The notes under the pieces were generated by a model. The model searched no databases, was not told where the DNA came from, and was given only the letters and a program-made list of their open reading frames with translations. Source: Nymphaea colorata (Eukaryota). Taken from it: DNA of 64,000 nt. The DNA lies in the NCBI RefSeq assembly GCF_008831285.2, contig NC_045138.2:9858001-9922000 (forward strand). The letters are read 5' to 3'. Shown here in pieces: positions 1-12,830 of this stretch. The translations under genes were made by a program, and so were the position numbers. Positions within the stretch are counted from its first letter, which is position 1. The number at the start of each line of letters is the position of its first letter.

Positions 1-2064
1 GTTTGGCCTATCTTTAGAGAAGCAAAGGGTGTAGTCATCCAAATTGGGAGTTGGGCTGGCACTACAAACTTCTCAGTTGTTTCCCTGGATGACTTCAAAT
101 TAATCCTTGGTATGGAGTTCCTTCGAGGCCAAAATATTATGATGTTGTTAAAATTCAACTCATTGACATTGATGAGACCAGACTGTACACACACCATCCA
201 TTGTCATTCTACTAGTGGAAAGCCACATTCAATGTTGCCTACGATGCAACTAAAGAAGGGCGTAAGACATGGGGAACAAATGTTTCTTGTATCCATCCGT
301 GCAGAGGAGGAAGACAAGTTGATTTCTATCCCACCAGCCCTAGCTCCCTTGTTGGAAGAGTTTTAGGAAGTAATGCCACCTGAACTGCCAAGGCGATTAC
401 CACCGAGACAGGAAGTTGATCATCAGATTGAACTAATCCCTGGAGCAAAAACCCCCAGCCATGGTTTCTTATCAAATGAGACCAACAGAATTGAAGGAGC
501 TACGAAAACAACTCGACGAGATGTTGGAGACAGGCCTCATCCGACCGTCTAAGGCACTGTTCGGAGCGCCAGTGTTATTTCAGATGAAGCAAGATGGCTC
601 AAAGCGTCTATGCATAGACTATCGTGCATTAAACAAGGTAACGATCAAGAACAAATACCCGTTACCACTTATTGCTAACTTATTCGATCAGTTAGGCAAT
701 GCACGAATCTTTTCCAAATTGGACCTTCGATCGGGTTATTGGCAAGTCAGGATAGCTGAAGGTGATGAACCAAAGAGTACTTGTGTCACTCATTATGGTG
801 CTTACGAATTCCTAGTTATGTTATTTGGGTTGACCAATGTCCCAACGACCTTCTCAACATTGATGAACAAAATCTTCTACCCGACAAGTTCGTGGTGGTC
901 TATCTTGATAACATTGTGGTTTTTAGTGAAAGCATGGAGTCACATGTCAGCCACCTGCAGATGGTGTTCCAAGTTTTGAAGGACAACGATCTTTATGTGA
1001 AAAAGGAGTGTCACTTTGGCCACTAGGAGATCAGTTTTCTCAGTCACATTGTAGGAAATGGCCAGTTGCGAATGGATCTGGGAAAGGTGAAAGCCATTCA
1101 AGAATGGAATCCGCCAAGAACAGTGCCTGAACTGTGGTCCTTCATTGGCTTGGCAAATTATTGCAGATGGTTCATCGAGGGGTATTCCTTGATTGCTGCT
1201 TCTCTCACTGACTTGCTGAAGAAGAACACGGCCTAGGCTTGGACGCAGTCTGCTCAAGATGCTTTTGAAGGATTAAAGAGAGCTCTTGTGAAAGAACCTA
1301 TACTTAAGCTACCTGATTACTTGAAGCCATTTGAGGTCCATACTGATGCTTCTGACTTTGCTATCAGTGGAGTATTGATGTAGAAGGGTAATCCGATCGC
1401 TTATGAGGGCCGAAAGTTGAAGGAAGCAAAAAGGCGCTATACTGTGCACGAACGCGAAATGACTACAATCATGCATTGCCTTCACAAATAGACATTATCT
1501 GTTGGGAACTCAGTTCATTGTAAAGACTGATAATGTAGCCACAAGTTACTTCCAGACGCAAAAGAAGCTATCTCCAAAGCAAGCTCGTTGGCAGAAATTC
1601 TTGGGTGAGTTCGACTTTGCTTTAGGGTACAAAGCGAGGAAGACCAATGTCTTGCTGATGCCTTGATCGAAAGATAGAACTTGCAGCAAGTCGGGCAGAA
1701 TCCTCTGAAATACGACTGGAGGGTGTTCTTCTCGAGCACGTTCGCAAAGAGATGCAGCAGGACCCAACGGCCCTACATTTGGTGGCCTTAGCTGAAGCAG
1801 GGAAGACTCGAAGGTTTTGGCTATGAGATGGACTTCTCCTCACCAAAGGCGGACGTATGTTCATGCTGCATGGGGGTAACCTTCGATGGGAGCTTCTAAA
1901 GGAGTGCCATGATACCTTGTGGGCGGGCCATCCCGGAAAGGAGAGGACCTTAGCACTTCTTGAACGCAGATATTATTGGGCTCAGATGCGGGATGATGTT
2001 GAGGCCTATGTGAAGACGTGCCTCATTTGCCAGCAAGATAAGGGGACGAATCAGGCTTGCCAAC
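1..2064 (+). mobile_element. Ty3/gypsy chromovirus (Galadriel-like) pol, 5' part: end of protease region, RT, RNase H and integrase zinc finger; decayed
   Basis: ORF fragments read [65 protein letters not shown] and ECHDTLWAGHPG...CLICQQDK. Stops and frameshifts separate them. Confidence 0.92.
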
Positions 2065-5000
2065 TGTTAACACCCCAAATTTTTCCACATCAAAATTAAA
2101 GCAATGTGAAAATTTCACAAAAGAATTGTGAAAGTTTGCAATTTCAAAGCCAATTTCGAACCTAAACGCAATTTGGATTCGAATAATGAATTTAACCAGT
2201 GACACGAATCGCAATGCAGGATTACGAGTCCAAACTATGTCCAAATTAGGATTTGAAATCCAAATCTAATTATAGATGTCATTTGAAATCCAAATCCAAT
2301 TATAGATGTCATTTGAAATCCAAATCCAATTGCAAAATTCAAATTTTGACTTAGAACCAAGAATTGGATCTAATTCAGTCGAGAATGCTACGTGGGACCC
2401 ACGTGTGGGCCCCACCTAGCCCATGTGGTCAAGAGCCCCCCCAGGAGTCACACCCCCATTTAAAAATAAATAAATAAATAAATGTTATCTCCCAATTAAA
2501 TGAAAAACTCATTTTCAAGGAGAAATGAATGATATCATAACTAAAAACCTATGAAAAGAGAAACATTTATGCATCTCTCTCTTCTTTAACTAAGTCATCT
2601 TTAAAAAGTTTTCAATCTTCGAAAAGCAATAACGAGGCTGGTCAAACTCACTTAATTCAAGTAGGTTCGACCCTAGTGCACCCAAATCTTAGATAGGCTT
2701 AGTTAACATGAGCTCAGCTTGGCCAAAAAATAGGTCTGTCTCACGATCCAATTAATGGACGAAAATAGACTTTGACCGAACCAAACCCATTTTGACTAAA
2801 CCCAGTCAAAGTACAATTTAGCTCAATTAAGAGCTTTCTTGGCTCAAATTTATCAAATTACTTCAAACAAAGTCAAACTACTCACAAATGAGCTTTGACT
2901 TCCGTCAATTGGTCGAAATTGACCAATTTGGACAATTTTGCCCTTCTATAGTCAAATTGAGATTACAAAGCCCAAATTGGTTTATAAAAGAAAAATAAAC
3001 ATTTGGATTTGTCAAATGCATAAATCAAATACCAAATTAAAATTCAATTTTTCAAACGAAAGTTTAATTCAGTTGAAATCCGTCTTCAATCAAATTATGT
3101 ACGAAAATACCCCTTTTGAGCCAAATTTGATAGAATTTTCAAATTTTATTCAAATTTAAATTGGATTATCATAATTCAATGGCATTTGGAGCTTAGAAAC
3201 TAGGTTTTAACCTAACAAGCTCAATTTAAAAAAATATATAAATAGCACAAAATAAGGCAAAACCCTGTGCAAGGGCATTTTCATCCAAAATTTTGGTCAA
3301 AGTTGGTCTGAACCAAGGTTGACCACACCTAGCTCGTGCAAATGGGCTAAGAATGATTAAATAGAGCCATTAAAACTCATTTAATCCATTTTTCATCTCC
3401 CTAAGCATTGATTAATCTTCTAAGGCAAATTAAAGGAGGTGGTTGAACCCACCTCCTCCTCTATATAAACCCCCCTTGGCCAACAAGGTGGGGGGGGGGG
3501 GGGGGGACGAAAATTTGAGGTATTCCATCAATTGTTGCAGCCAAGGAGCTAGGAGGGAGAAGCCAAGAAAGAGAGGAGAGATTGGTCAAACCCCTCTCCT
3601 CCTTTTTCTCTTATTTTCTTCTTCATTTTCTTCTATTCTCTCCATTGATTTTGCTAAGTTAGGGTGCTTAAGAGAACCCTTAGGATTTTCGTGGTGAGAA
3701 GCCTTCTTTCCTACTACAAATTCCAGCAAGCAAGCTATTCTACTTCTAGCTTTGCTAAGCTCGAATCCAAGGTTGGATTCTTGCTTAGGATTGCTCGATT
3801 TAGAAAACAAGTGAAAGGCGAAGATCAAGTATCAAGATCGATCGCAAGGTAAGTGATTTTAAACCATTTACCATCTAGTTTGGCTTCTCGTTGGTTTACC
3901 TTAATTCCAGCAATTCATGGGAGGGTTTATTTTCATTTGTTTCAAGGGTGGGAATGATGTCCAGTTAGGGAAAACCTATGATTAAATGTACATGTTAATG
4001 CATAATGCATGCATACATTGATTTTTCTTAAAGATGAACCCATGTATCAAATTTTGGAAAGGACCCCAAGGCCACGTCCCTTTCAAAACAACCAGCTTAA
4101 AACCATTTTCAACTCCCCACCATGAGAGAATCCCACGGTGAAAAAGTGATCTTGCTGCAATATATATATGACGAAAAAAAAACCTATTAAGGATGGATGC
4201 ATTCTCATGAAGGTAATCTACCTTTGCATGGCGAAATTAAGGATAAACTAACTTGAGCATTCATTTATCTCTTTCTATTTAAAGTTTTTTTGTTTCATGC
4301 TTTATTTAATTGATCAAGGGTAGTAAGGAAGATTTGAAACAAGTTTTCAACCCTCCTACGTAAAAGAACCCAGCTACGAATCATAATGATTCATTAGTCA
4401 TGCGGTCCCATGATAAAATTTCATTTTGAAGAAGTGAGGTACATATATGTATACATTGTTATATATATACATATATGTGTTCAGTCACTTGCTAAAAATT
4501 GTTTTCCTCTCTTAAAATCAGGTTGGAACATGTTTCCAAACTGGTTTTAAGAAAATGGATCATTTTGATTTTCATAATACCAAGTTATGAGATCATTTTC
4601 ATTTCATTTTAAAATTTGCTTAATTTCTGCAATCCATACATAAGATCTATGTACGTAGTTGAAATCAGATCATGTTTTATAGGAATTGGTTTAAGAATGT
4701 CAAATTTTACATTTTTGAAATGCCAATTATCCTAGAACCATCCAAAGAAGTTGACGATTTTATGAGTACAAAATTTGAAATTTGATGAAGGACCTCTCAT
4801 TTCTAGCTAAGAAACAAGCTCTTTATTGGAATCAATGTCCACAACTTTCAGCCATCTAAATCAATATAAGATCTAATTTTTTGACTATCTTGAGACAAAA
4901 GTGGATGTCATCCACGTCTCCCATCTATTTCAAAGATTGATTTTGGCATCATTTGTGTATTTTTCATCATTTTGATAATTTTATGTTAAGTCTCAAGCTT

Positions 5001-5913
5001 ATGGACTACATCTCTAATTCATGTGTTTAATCATATAATAAGCACATTTAGAGAAAGTCCTATATTTCAATTAAAATCAATCTTTATGTGTAGATTGTAT
5101 GACATGTAATTACAATGGATGGACTTTGAGAGATTATGAGAGAGTGAAGAATGTATGTTTCATATGAACGAATCTTAAGAGATTATGAGAGAGGGAATAA
5201 TGAATGTTCCATATAGTTTCCTTTCTCATTTCATATTTGAGTTGCAAAAAGTGACCAAGTCATATTGCAACAAGAATTTGTAAACTTCACTTAACTTCAA
5301 AAGAAAACACGAGCAATGCATTCATAATCTTGGCCAAACTGTGTTTGAAAAAAAATACGTTTTCTAACAATTTGAAACCTATGTTTCATCAAAATAATGA
5401 ACTCTACCTAACCAAATCACACGATTTGGCAAAAGAAGAATTCAAAAATCAAGTTTCTTTGCTAAGGAAGCTTAGCTATTTTTCAAAAGTTGATCATAAT
5501 TTCAACTCATGAACCATCTAGAGTTCACAACAAAGAGCTCAATTTCACTCTTCAAAATCCTCAAGAATTGTATATTTCAAATCAAATGGTACAAAAACAA
5601 AGGTTTTTGAACCAACTTGAAAATCCTTTAATCTTCAAAACGAGTTCAAATCACTCATTCTAAATGAATTTTGGTTCTTGAATCCAAAACCTCAATGCAT
5701 AAGCATATAGGAGTTGCATCAAAAACTTGTATATGATCCAAATGATCCTTAGTCCTTAGTCCAATTACTCTTGTTAAGGGCGGTAGGAACGGTTGGACCT
5801 CGTACCGACGGGCGGATCCCTTTCCCTCAGAATATTTTTCAAAACCTCAATTTTAAAAGAATTTTGCTGATTCTCAATTCAGACCCTTTGAGAAAAAGGG
5901 TGGGGTGCAAACA
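2065..5913 (+). mobile_element. Solo LTR (3849 bp) of an Ogre/Tat-like gypsy family, inserted into the chromovirus integrase
   Basis: Begins TGTTAACACCCC and ends GGGGTGCAAACA (imperfect inverted termini). Perfect 5-bp TSD CCAAC at 2060-2064 and 5914-5918. No coding content. Integrase resumes right after (LLKPLPVPER.*ESLSMDFI). Both ends resemble the LTR at 41264-45120. Confidence 0.9.
2251..2331. repeat. 30-bp tandem repeat (about 2.7 copies) near the 5' end of the solo LTR
   Basis: ATTTGAAATCCAAATC(T/C)AATTATAGATGTC starts at 2251 and 2281, with a partial copy at 2311. Confidence 0.9.
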
Positions 5914-5918
5914 CCAAC

Positions 5919-7055
5919 CTACTAAAACCATTGCCTGTTCCAGAACGCCTATGAGAAAGCCTCTCAATGGACTTCATCGTGAGCCTACCAAAAGTATATG
6001 GCTACATCTCCATCCTTGTTGTTTTTGACAGGTTTTCAAAGTATACTACATTTATCCCAACTTCAAATGAATGCCCAATCGAGAAGACGGCGAAGTTCTT
6101 CGCAAAGAACATTGTCAAGCATTGGGGTGTGCCGAAGAGCATTGTAAGTGACCGAGACGCTCGCTTCATGGTCAAGTTTTGATATGAAGTATTTTGTTTG
6201 CTTGGTTCAGACTTATTGTTTTCCACAAGTTTTCATCCATAGACAGACCGCCAGACTTGTTGGAACAATACTTGTGGCACTTCGTCAATGCAAACCAAAA
6301 GAACTCCATGAAGCTGCTCGATGTTATCCAATTCTGCTACAACTTGCTAAAGAGCGAGTCTTCTGGGCATAGTCCATTTAAAATAGCTATGGGACAACAA
6401 CCTCTGATGCCACACACTATTTTTGCTCAAGAAAAAGGACGACCTACATTCGCCTACCAATTTGTCAGAGATTGGTAGGAACAGACGGAACTCGCCAAGG
6501 CATTCTTGTTGAAAAAGTGGGCTGATAAATATTGAAAACCAGCCGAATTTCTAGTTGGAGACCAAGTCCTGGTGAAGCTATATCCTGATTGCACGGGCAT
6601 CTTTCGTGAGCGTCACCGTGCATTGATTCGAAAGTATGAAGGGCCATTCACTCTGACAAAAAGAATTGGGAAGCTGGCGTACAAGCTAGATCTGCCACCA
6701 GACTTCAAGGTGCATCTAGTGTTTCACATATGCAACCTGAAGCCATTCTATGCCGATGCCGAGGATCCAGAGAGGAGTCAGCCACAACGGGAGCCAATCC
6801 TACAAAGAGCCCCTACAGGTAAGCATGCAACCAACAGACAACTGGAGCAAATTCTGATCAACTATCTTGGAGAGACGAATAAATATTTTGTCAAGTGGGC
6901 GGATGTAGAACAACCTACCTGGAAGTATGCATTTTGGTTGAAGTTGTGCTACCTAGATGAAGTTCGTGCCTACCACGAAGCAGTTGGTGCCGAGGACGGC
7001 ATTTGATTTGAAGGGGGAGCATGTTCTCTTCTGTCTAGAGTCTATACAGTCCTTT
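5919..7055 (+). mobile_element. Chromovirus pol, 3' part: integrase core, chromodomain, PPT and first bases of the 3' LTR
   Basis: MDFIVSLPK...DRFSKYTTFIP...VKHWGVPKSIVSDRDARF, KYEGPF...YKLDLPPDFKVHLVFH, and chromodomain-like LEQIL...KYFVKWADVEQPTW. PPT GAAGGGGGAG at about 7010-7019, followed by TG at 7022. Confidence 0.9.
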
Positions 7056-9808
7056 TGTAACGCTCGTCTTTTTAGGATTGGGTTGGAGCGGGTCCAGACC
7101 CAGACCCAGACCCGAGATCTAAGTCGCGAAGGAGCCCGTGCGAGGGAACTCTCCCCCCCCCCACCTTCCTCAACGTCTCCTTCTCTTGTCTTCTGCTGGT
7201 TCGCACGACAGAGAGCTACGGGAGGCGGAAGGTGGTTGCAGCGGCATTGGGTCGGTGGAGGAAGGACTACAGCGGCGCTCTGGTAAGCCCTCTCGACCTC
7301 TGCCCCTTCTCCCTCGCCTTTTCCCCCTTCCTCTTCCTTCTTCTCCTCCTCCCTCCTATGCAGCCTCTCCCTTCTTCGTCAGCACCCTCTACCGCACGAT
7401 TTCTCCCTCTCTTTTCTCTCGTGCTCCTCGCACCTCTCTCTGCGGTCTCTGTCACTCCCTCCGTCCGTTTCTCCCCTCTCTGTTTGCCTCCACCTATTTC
7501 GTCCCTTTCGTCTCTCTCTCTCTCTTCTGTCTGCCTCCCTCTGTCAGCGCCTTCCCCCTTCCCACACGCTTCTTGCTTGAGCTTTCTCTCCCTATTTTTC
7601 TATCTGTTTTTCCCCTTTTCCCCAACCGAGCACTCGTCTTCACTAATTTTATCACTGTTGATCGGATTTCAGTTTGGGGGACGTGTTCTTCCCCTCATAA
7701 CAGCGATTGGATGGTGTTGGTGGTGGTGACTTGGCACGATTTTTGCCATTTGAGGATCGATTGAACGCTTGAGGTGGCTGCCGGAAGGATTGCAGCCGTC
7801 TAGACTCTTGATTTGGGGTGAGCAAGACGTAATTGAGCTTATTTTATTGTATATTTTCCTTTGGAACACATATAATTATTGTTTAAGCATGCTAAAAGGT
7901 AGAAGTGATGATTTGGGATGCATGTTAGCGACTTTGCTTTTTGGGGGAAGTGTAGGATTATGTTGGAGAAGTGTTGATTCATGTCTATAATGATCATTGA
8001 GCATGATGGGTCAATTTTTGAAGCAATAGGGAAGCATGGTAGAAATTGTGATGTTGTGGGGAAGATTTAGAGCCGTCTTTTTGAGCATGTGGCTCATGCT
8101 TTTGCGAGTGGGTGTATCTTGGAGTTATTAGGGAAAGTATACGTAAGTTGGATGTGACTTTGGGGCTGACCACTAGACTACAGAAAGCAAATGAGAATTG
8201 AGTGGTGATGGACTGAGCGAAGCATTGAATTTTGATGTCTGGTGGCAACGTCTAGAAGTCGGGAGGAGGCCTATTAGAGGGCTTGTAGGTCGACACTACC
8301 CGTCGACACCCTCTTGAGGCGATGACATGTGCCTCAATGATTTTGTTTTAGCTTGGTTTGGATTGATAAGCTAACTAGTAGAGATCTTACCTTTTTTCTT
8401 ATATCTGCAGGTACACCGGGCACGTCTCGTCAACCTTGAGCAACCAAATTCGAAGCTCGAGGCATTTTGAAAAGTTTTTTGAATGTGTGTCCGGTATGGC
8501 AGCATTCCAAGCAAATCCCTGCCTGGGGCAAATGTATGAATGTGTGTTCCTAGGATCGTGGGATCCTAGGATTGTTATGTGATTAATTGATTGTTTTGTG
8601 AATGAATGTGTGCATGCATGCAAATGGTTTGATATCAGATATGATGTATTTTGGAAAGCTATTAGAAGTCTGTTTTGAAATATCACGCATTTGCATGTGC
8701 ATGCTAGAATGGATAACTGTTTAGGACAGATGAGGTGGGGTATCGAGTCGAGTGTCTCATCGACCCCAATTGTGCATTAAAAAACATCCTAGAGTGATAA
8801 CTGCATAGGATAGCTACGAGCCCATCACAGATCGAGACTACTCTCTGTGGTTTGGCTAAGTTTTTCAAAGATGTGATTATTGTGATAATGAATGTGTATG
8901 TTGTGTTTGTTGAATACACATTGCCGCGGGCAATGATGCAAATGATTGAACAGAGGGTAGTTGTACCCATATTGTTATGTTGGCTAGTTAAAACTGTTGT
9001 TATTATGTGTAGCCCTCGTGTGGAGGCAATTGGAGGTGTGGGTTCACTTGTGAAGTGAACCAACCTCATGAGCTAGCTAGTTATTTGTGTTTGTGCAAGT
9101 ATAATTATAAGAATGAAAAAATAAGAGATGAGAGGCCAGTGGGATGTGGCTATGTGTTTGGGAGTTGTCCCGCCTTCGCCACTGGTTTCGCCTGTTCGGA
9201 GCGCACTGTTGTGTAACGTGCTTGGAGCATTGGGCTCCTGCCTTCCCAACCTGGGTGTCCTAGGGAGGGCTGAGTATTTCTCCGTAGAATTCACACATCC
9301 ATGGATGAGTGCTCTACCGCTGCAGCAGATGGATGGATCCATACTGTTCTGGGCCGCCACGGGGGTTGTCTCTCTACTATAGGCCGCCCGCGGTGTGCAC
9401 GTGCCTGTGTTTGCACACATAGGAACTGTCAATTCACTGATATTAATGAAAATGAAATGTATGTGGATGAAATGTACGTGATTATTGTGCATGTGATTGT
9501 TGTACTTATTAATGCAAGTGACATGTTTAAATATGTCTTGCATGTGATATGAAATTGTGTGACTGTGGCCATTGAGTAGCCTTTGCATGTTGTTCCCCAA
9601 CACGACATGAGGATAGATTGTTTTGATGATGGCTCGTATAATTGAGCCCCACCTAAGAGGGTTTGGACTTTTCCTGGCTTGTTGTCATACTACGAAGGCT
9701 AAGCCTTCTGTTGTTTCATTCTTTTCAAGTTTTGGTGGACTAGGGGCAGCAGGTTGAGCATATGGCTTCACTCACGTCCTTGGGTCAATTGTAGTGCCGG
9801 CGCGTCTT
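7056..9808 (+). mobile_element. Truncated LTR of a Tekay/Del-like gypsy, inserted about 35 bp into the chromovirus 3' LTR
   Basis: Begins TGTAACGCTCG, resembling a Tekay/Del LTR start. A GC/CT-rich block is followed by TG-rich non-coding sequence. No matching 3' terminus or TSD found. Confidence 0.55.
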
Positions 9809-10045
9809 GTGAGGATGTATTGTGATAATAGAGTAGTCACACACTTTGCAAACAATCCAGTTATCCATGAGAGAACTAAACATATTGAAGTGGACTGCCA
9901 TTACATTCAGGACCTTGTTCAAGGAGGAACCATAGCCACCAATCATACATCATTTGAAAATCAAACTGCAGATGTCTTCACCAAAGCTCTTCCTATTGGT
10001 GATTTCTCTAGATGTTGTGACAAGCTAAGCATGATTAACATTCAT
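9809..10045 (+). pseudogene. Ty1/copia RNase H C-terminal fragment
   Basis: MYCDNRVVTHFANNPVIHERTKHIEVDCHYIQD...QTADVFTKALP is the canonical copia RNase H end. Confidence 0.9.
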
Positions 10046-10316
10046 CTAAAAGCATTCCTACTATCATATATATTTAGATTTTCTTACACTTATTTATATA
10101 TCCTATATTATTTGGTCAAAATACTCTTATAAAGAAAGAAAGTTTTTGAAAGTGAAGTGGGATTGTAGACCATCAAGCAATGCTCCAATATTGGATCATT
10201 ACTTGAATTTGGGTCTTAATTAAGTCACTAAAGGAAAATCAAAATTTTTGAATCTTAAGAAAGAGTCAATTGGAATAGTGAAAGAGAGGAAAACATAGAG
10301 GTAGACAGTGATGTGT

Positions 10317-10599
<283 letters not shown>

Positions 10600-12574
10600 T
10601 CAGAAGATAACTTTGAGCATTTTCAACTTTGTTTTTTCCTTATGGGCTGGAAAGGAACATGATTTCATGCAAGAGTGTAGGCTAGGTCTCCATGGCCTCA
10701 CTGAAGACAGTTCTTACTTTTGAAATTCTTTTAAAACAAGATTCAATATATCTTCATAAAAGCACGTAAAAACAATAGTTATTTTATTTATTATAAGGAA
10801 ACTTATTTATGCCACCATTGGGCATGAGAGAAAATCAAATATACATGAGATGGAAAGGTAATAACATAAGAGAGCTCGCCTTGGGATCCTTAATTGGGTG
10901 ATTAAGAGAAATAATTCATACTAAACGTAAGAATGTCATGAAGATACATTTAATATGTACATATTCGTAGGGGTTTTCTCAGGTTGGACAAATCCCAACC
11001 TTAAAATTTAACATGATAATAAAGAAATCTCAACCCTACAAGAATTTGTTCTTATTGTTCATTCACATACTAACTGGAAAACAATCAATGATATATGAAT
11101 ATCATCATAAGCATTGACAATGCACCCATTCAATAAGTAAAGAAAATAAAGAACATATTTCAAGCCTATAAAGGAAAATAAAATTTTATTTCATCTTGCT
11201 CATGCTTCTGGTGCACTTAAGAATAACTCTTGACTCCGAAGATGAACTTTTAGAGCTCTCTTGCATGGCTTTGTCAAGAGGATGAAAGGAAAGAAAAAGA
11301 AATGTATGGAAAGATGACTACATACACCTCTAACTAGAATGGTTGGAAGGAACAAATCTTCTTCTCTAGATGACCCCAAAGCCTCACAAGTGCACGTTCA
11401 AGGTGTTGATGAAGTTTCTCCAAGCAATATCCTCGTGCTCCCATGAAGAATGGAAGTTAATGAAAGACCTAGCACCAAAAGGTTGGAGAAGAAGACAAGA
11501 GAAAGAACTCCAAGGGTTAAATAAACCTAAGAGAGGAGATTTGGGGGGTAAGAGAGTTTTGAAGCCAAAACTCAAAATTTGCATTTAATAAGGTTTTCAT
11601 GCTAATTTCTTTTTTTTTTTTTGAATTGTTTTGAATTTTGGTTATTTTGACCAAAGAGGATTACTCTTAGCCTGCCAGCACCCTCCAACTAGGCCAAAAC
11701 TGCCTTCAAAAGGGTAGGTTTTAGCCTAGAAGGGGCCTGCGCCATGCCCCAGCTCGGTCTGCACATGGCACGCGTGGCCAGGATTGGCCTTGCGCGCTGC
11801 ATGTCTGGTGCGACGATGCCTAGGGCTGTCACTCCATAGCTATGTGCATTGTCATGGCAGCACACAGAGCCATGGCGCTAGGACATTGTGTGTCCTTGCA
11901 TGCTGGCCAAAACGCACCGCTAGGGGCCAATCTCCTCCCTATAGGCCCATTTTTGGGCAATGAGGGAGGTTTTGGTCTCCTTGGTCCCCTTAGGTTAAAA
12001 AAATTAAAATTTATTTTTAAGCATATATTTTGAAGGGCAAAATGGTCTCTTTGTAAAAAAATAAATCTGGTTGTGTTTCTTGTGATTCCACACTCTTTAA
12101 GCCCGGATCAGGTTCACTCGATCAAAAAATCATTTTGATCGATGCCCAAGGCTCGAATCAATAGTTATGCAGGTGTTTTGTTCTCAAAACATATTTTTAA
12201 AATTTTCGGCACAAGATTGAGACGAAAAACAAAGGGGAGGTTTGTGCATGCATGTGTGGCACTAGATAGTGTTGGAAATTGTTATTTTGTTGTCAACTTT
12301 AGATTTTGAGTTGAATTTCGTGATTTGGATCCAAAATTTGGTTTTGGATCTAATTTGTACCCAAGAGTGGCTTTCTGGTTCCATTTTCCTATTTGGACTT
12401 GATTTCACTTGTTCTATTCGATTATGAACTTTAGCTTTGTTTTTTTGGTCGAGGTATGAATTTTGGATATTGAACTTAGATTTGGATCAAAATCTGGATC
12501 TAAAGTTACATTTTGAATTTAAACCATACATTTGGCTTCAGATATGGATCAGTGGGTTCGCGATTTTAATCTGG

Positions 12575-12830
12575 ATATAGATCTAAAGGTCCGTTTGGAA
12601 CTAAGGTCAAGATTTAAATTTGGACAAAGATCTACGGTTGAGATTTGAAGTTGGACATGGATCTAAAGGTTTGTTTTGGATCTAGGGTCAAGATTTGAAT
12701 TTGGACATGGATCTAAAGGTCTATGTTGTTTTAGGGTCGAGATTTGAATTTGGACACAGATCTAAGGGTTTATTTTGGAACTAGGGTCGCAATTTGGATT
12801 TGATATGGATCCAAAAGTTTGTTTCGGGGT
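12575..12830. repeat. Degenerate tandem array of about 50-bp units near the LTR 5' end
   Basis: GATCTAAAGGT....TTGGA.CTAGGGTC.AGATTTGAATTTGGACA recurs at about 12580, 12660, 12710 and 12759. Confidence 0.8.

Noticed and set aside
7138..7764. 208-aa and 165-aa ORFs
   Set aside because: They come from a CT-rich LTR block, with no domain motifs and several frames open at once.
9073..9603. 176-aa minus-strand ORF
   Set aside because: It is antisense to TG-rich LTR sequence, with His/Asn/Thr bias and no domain.
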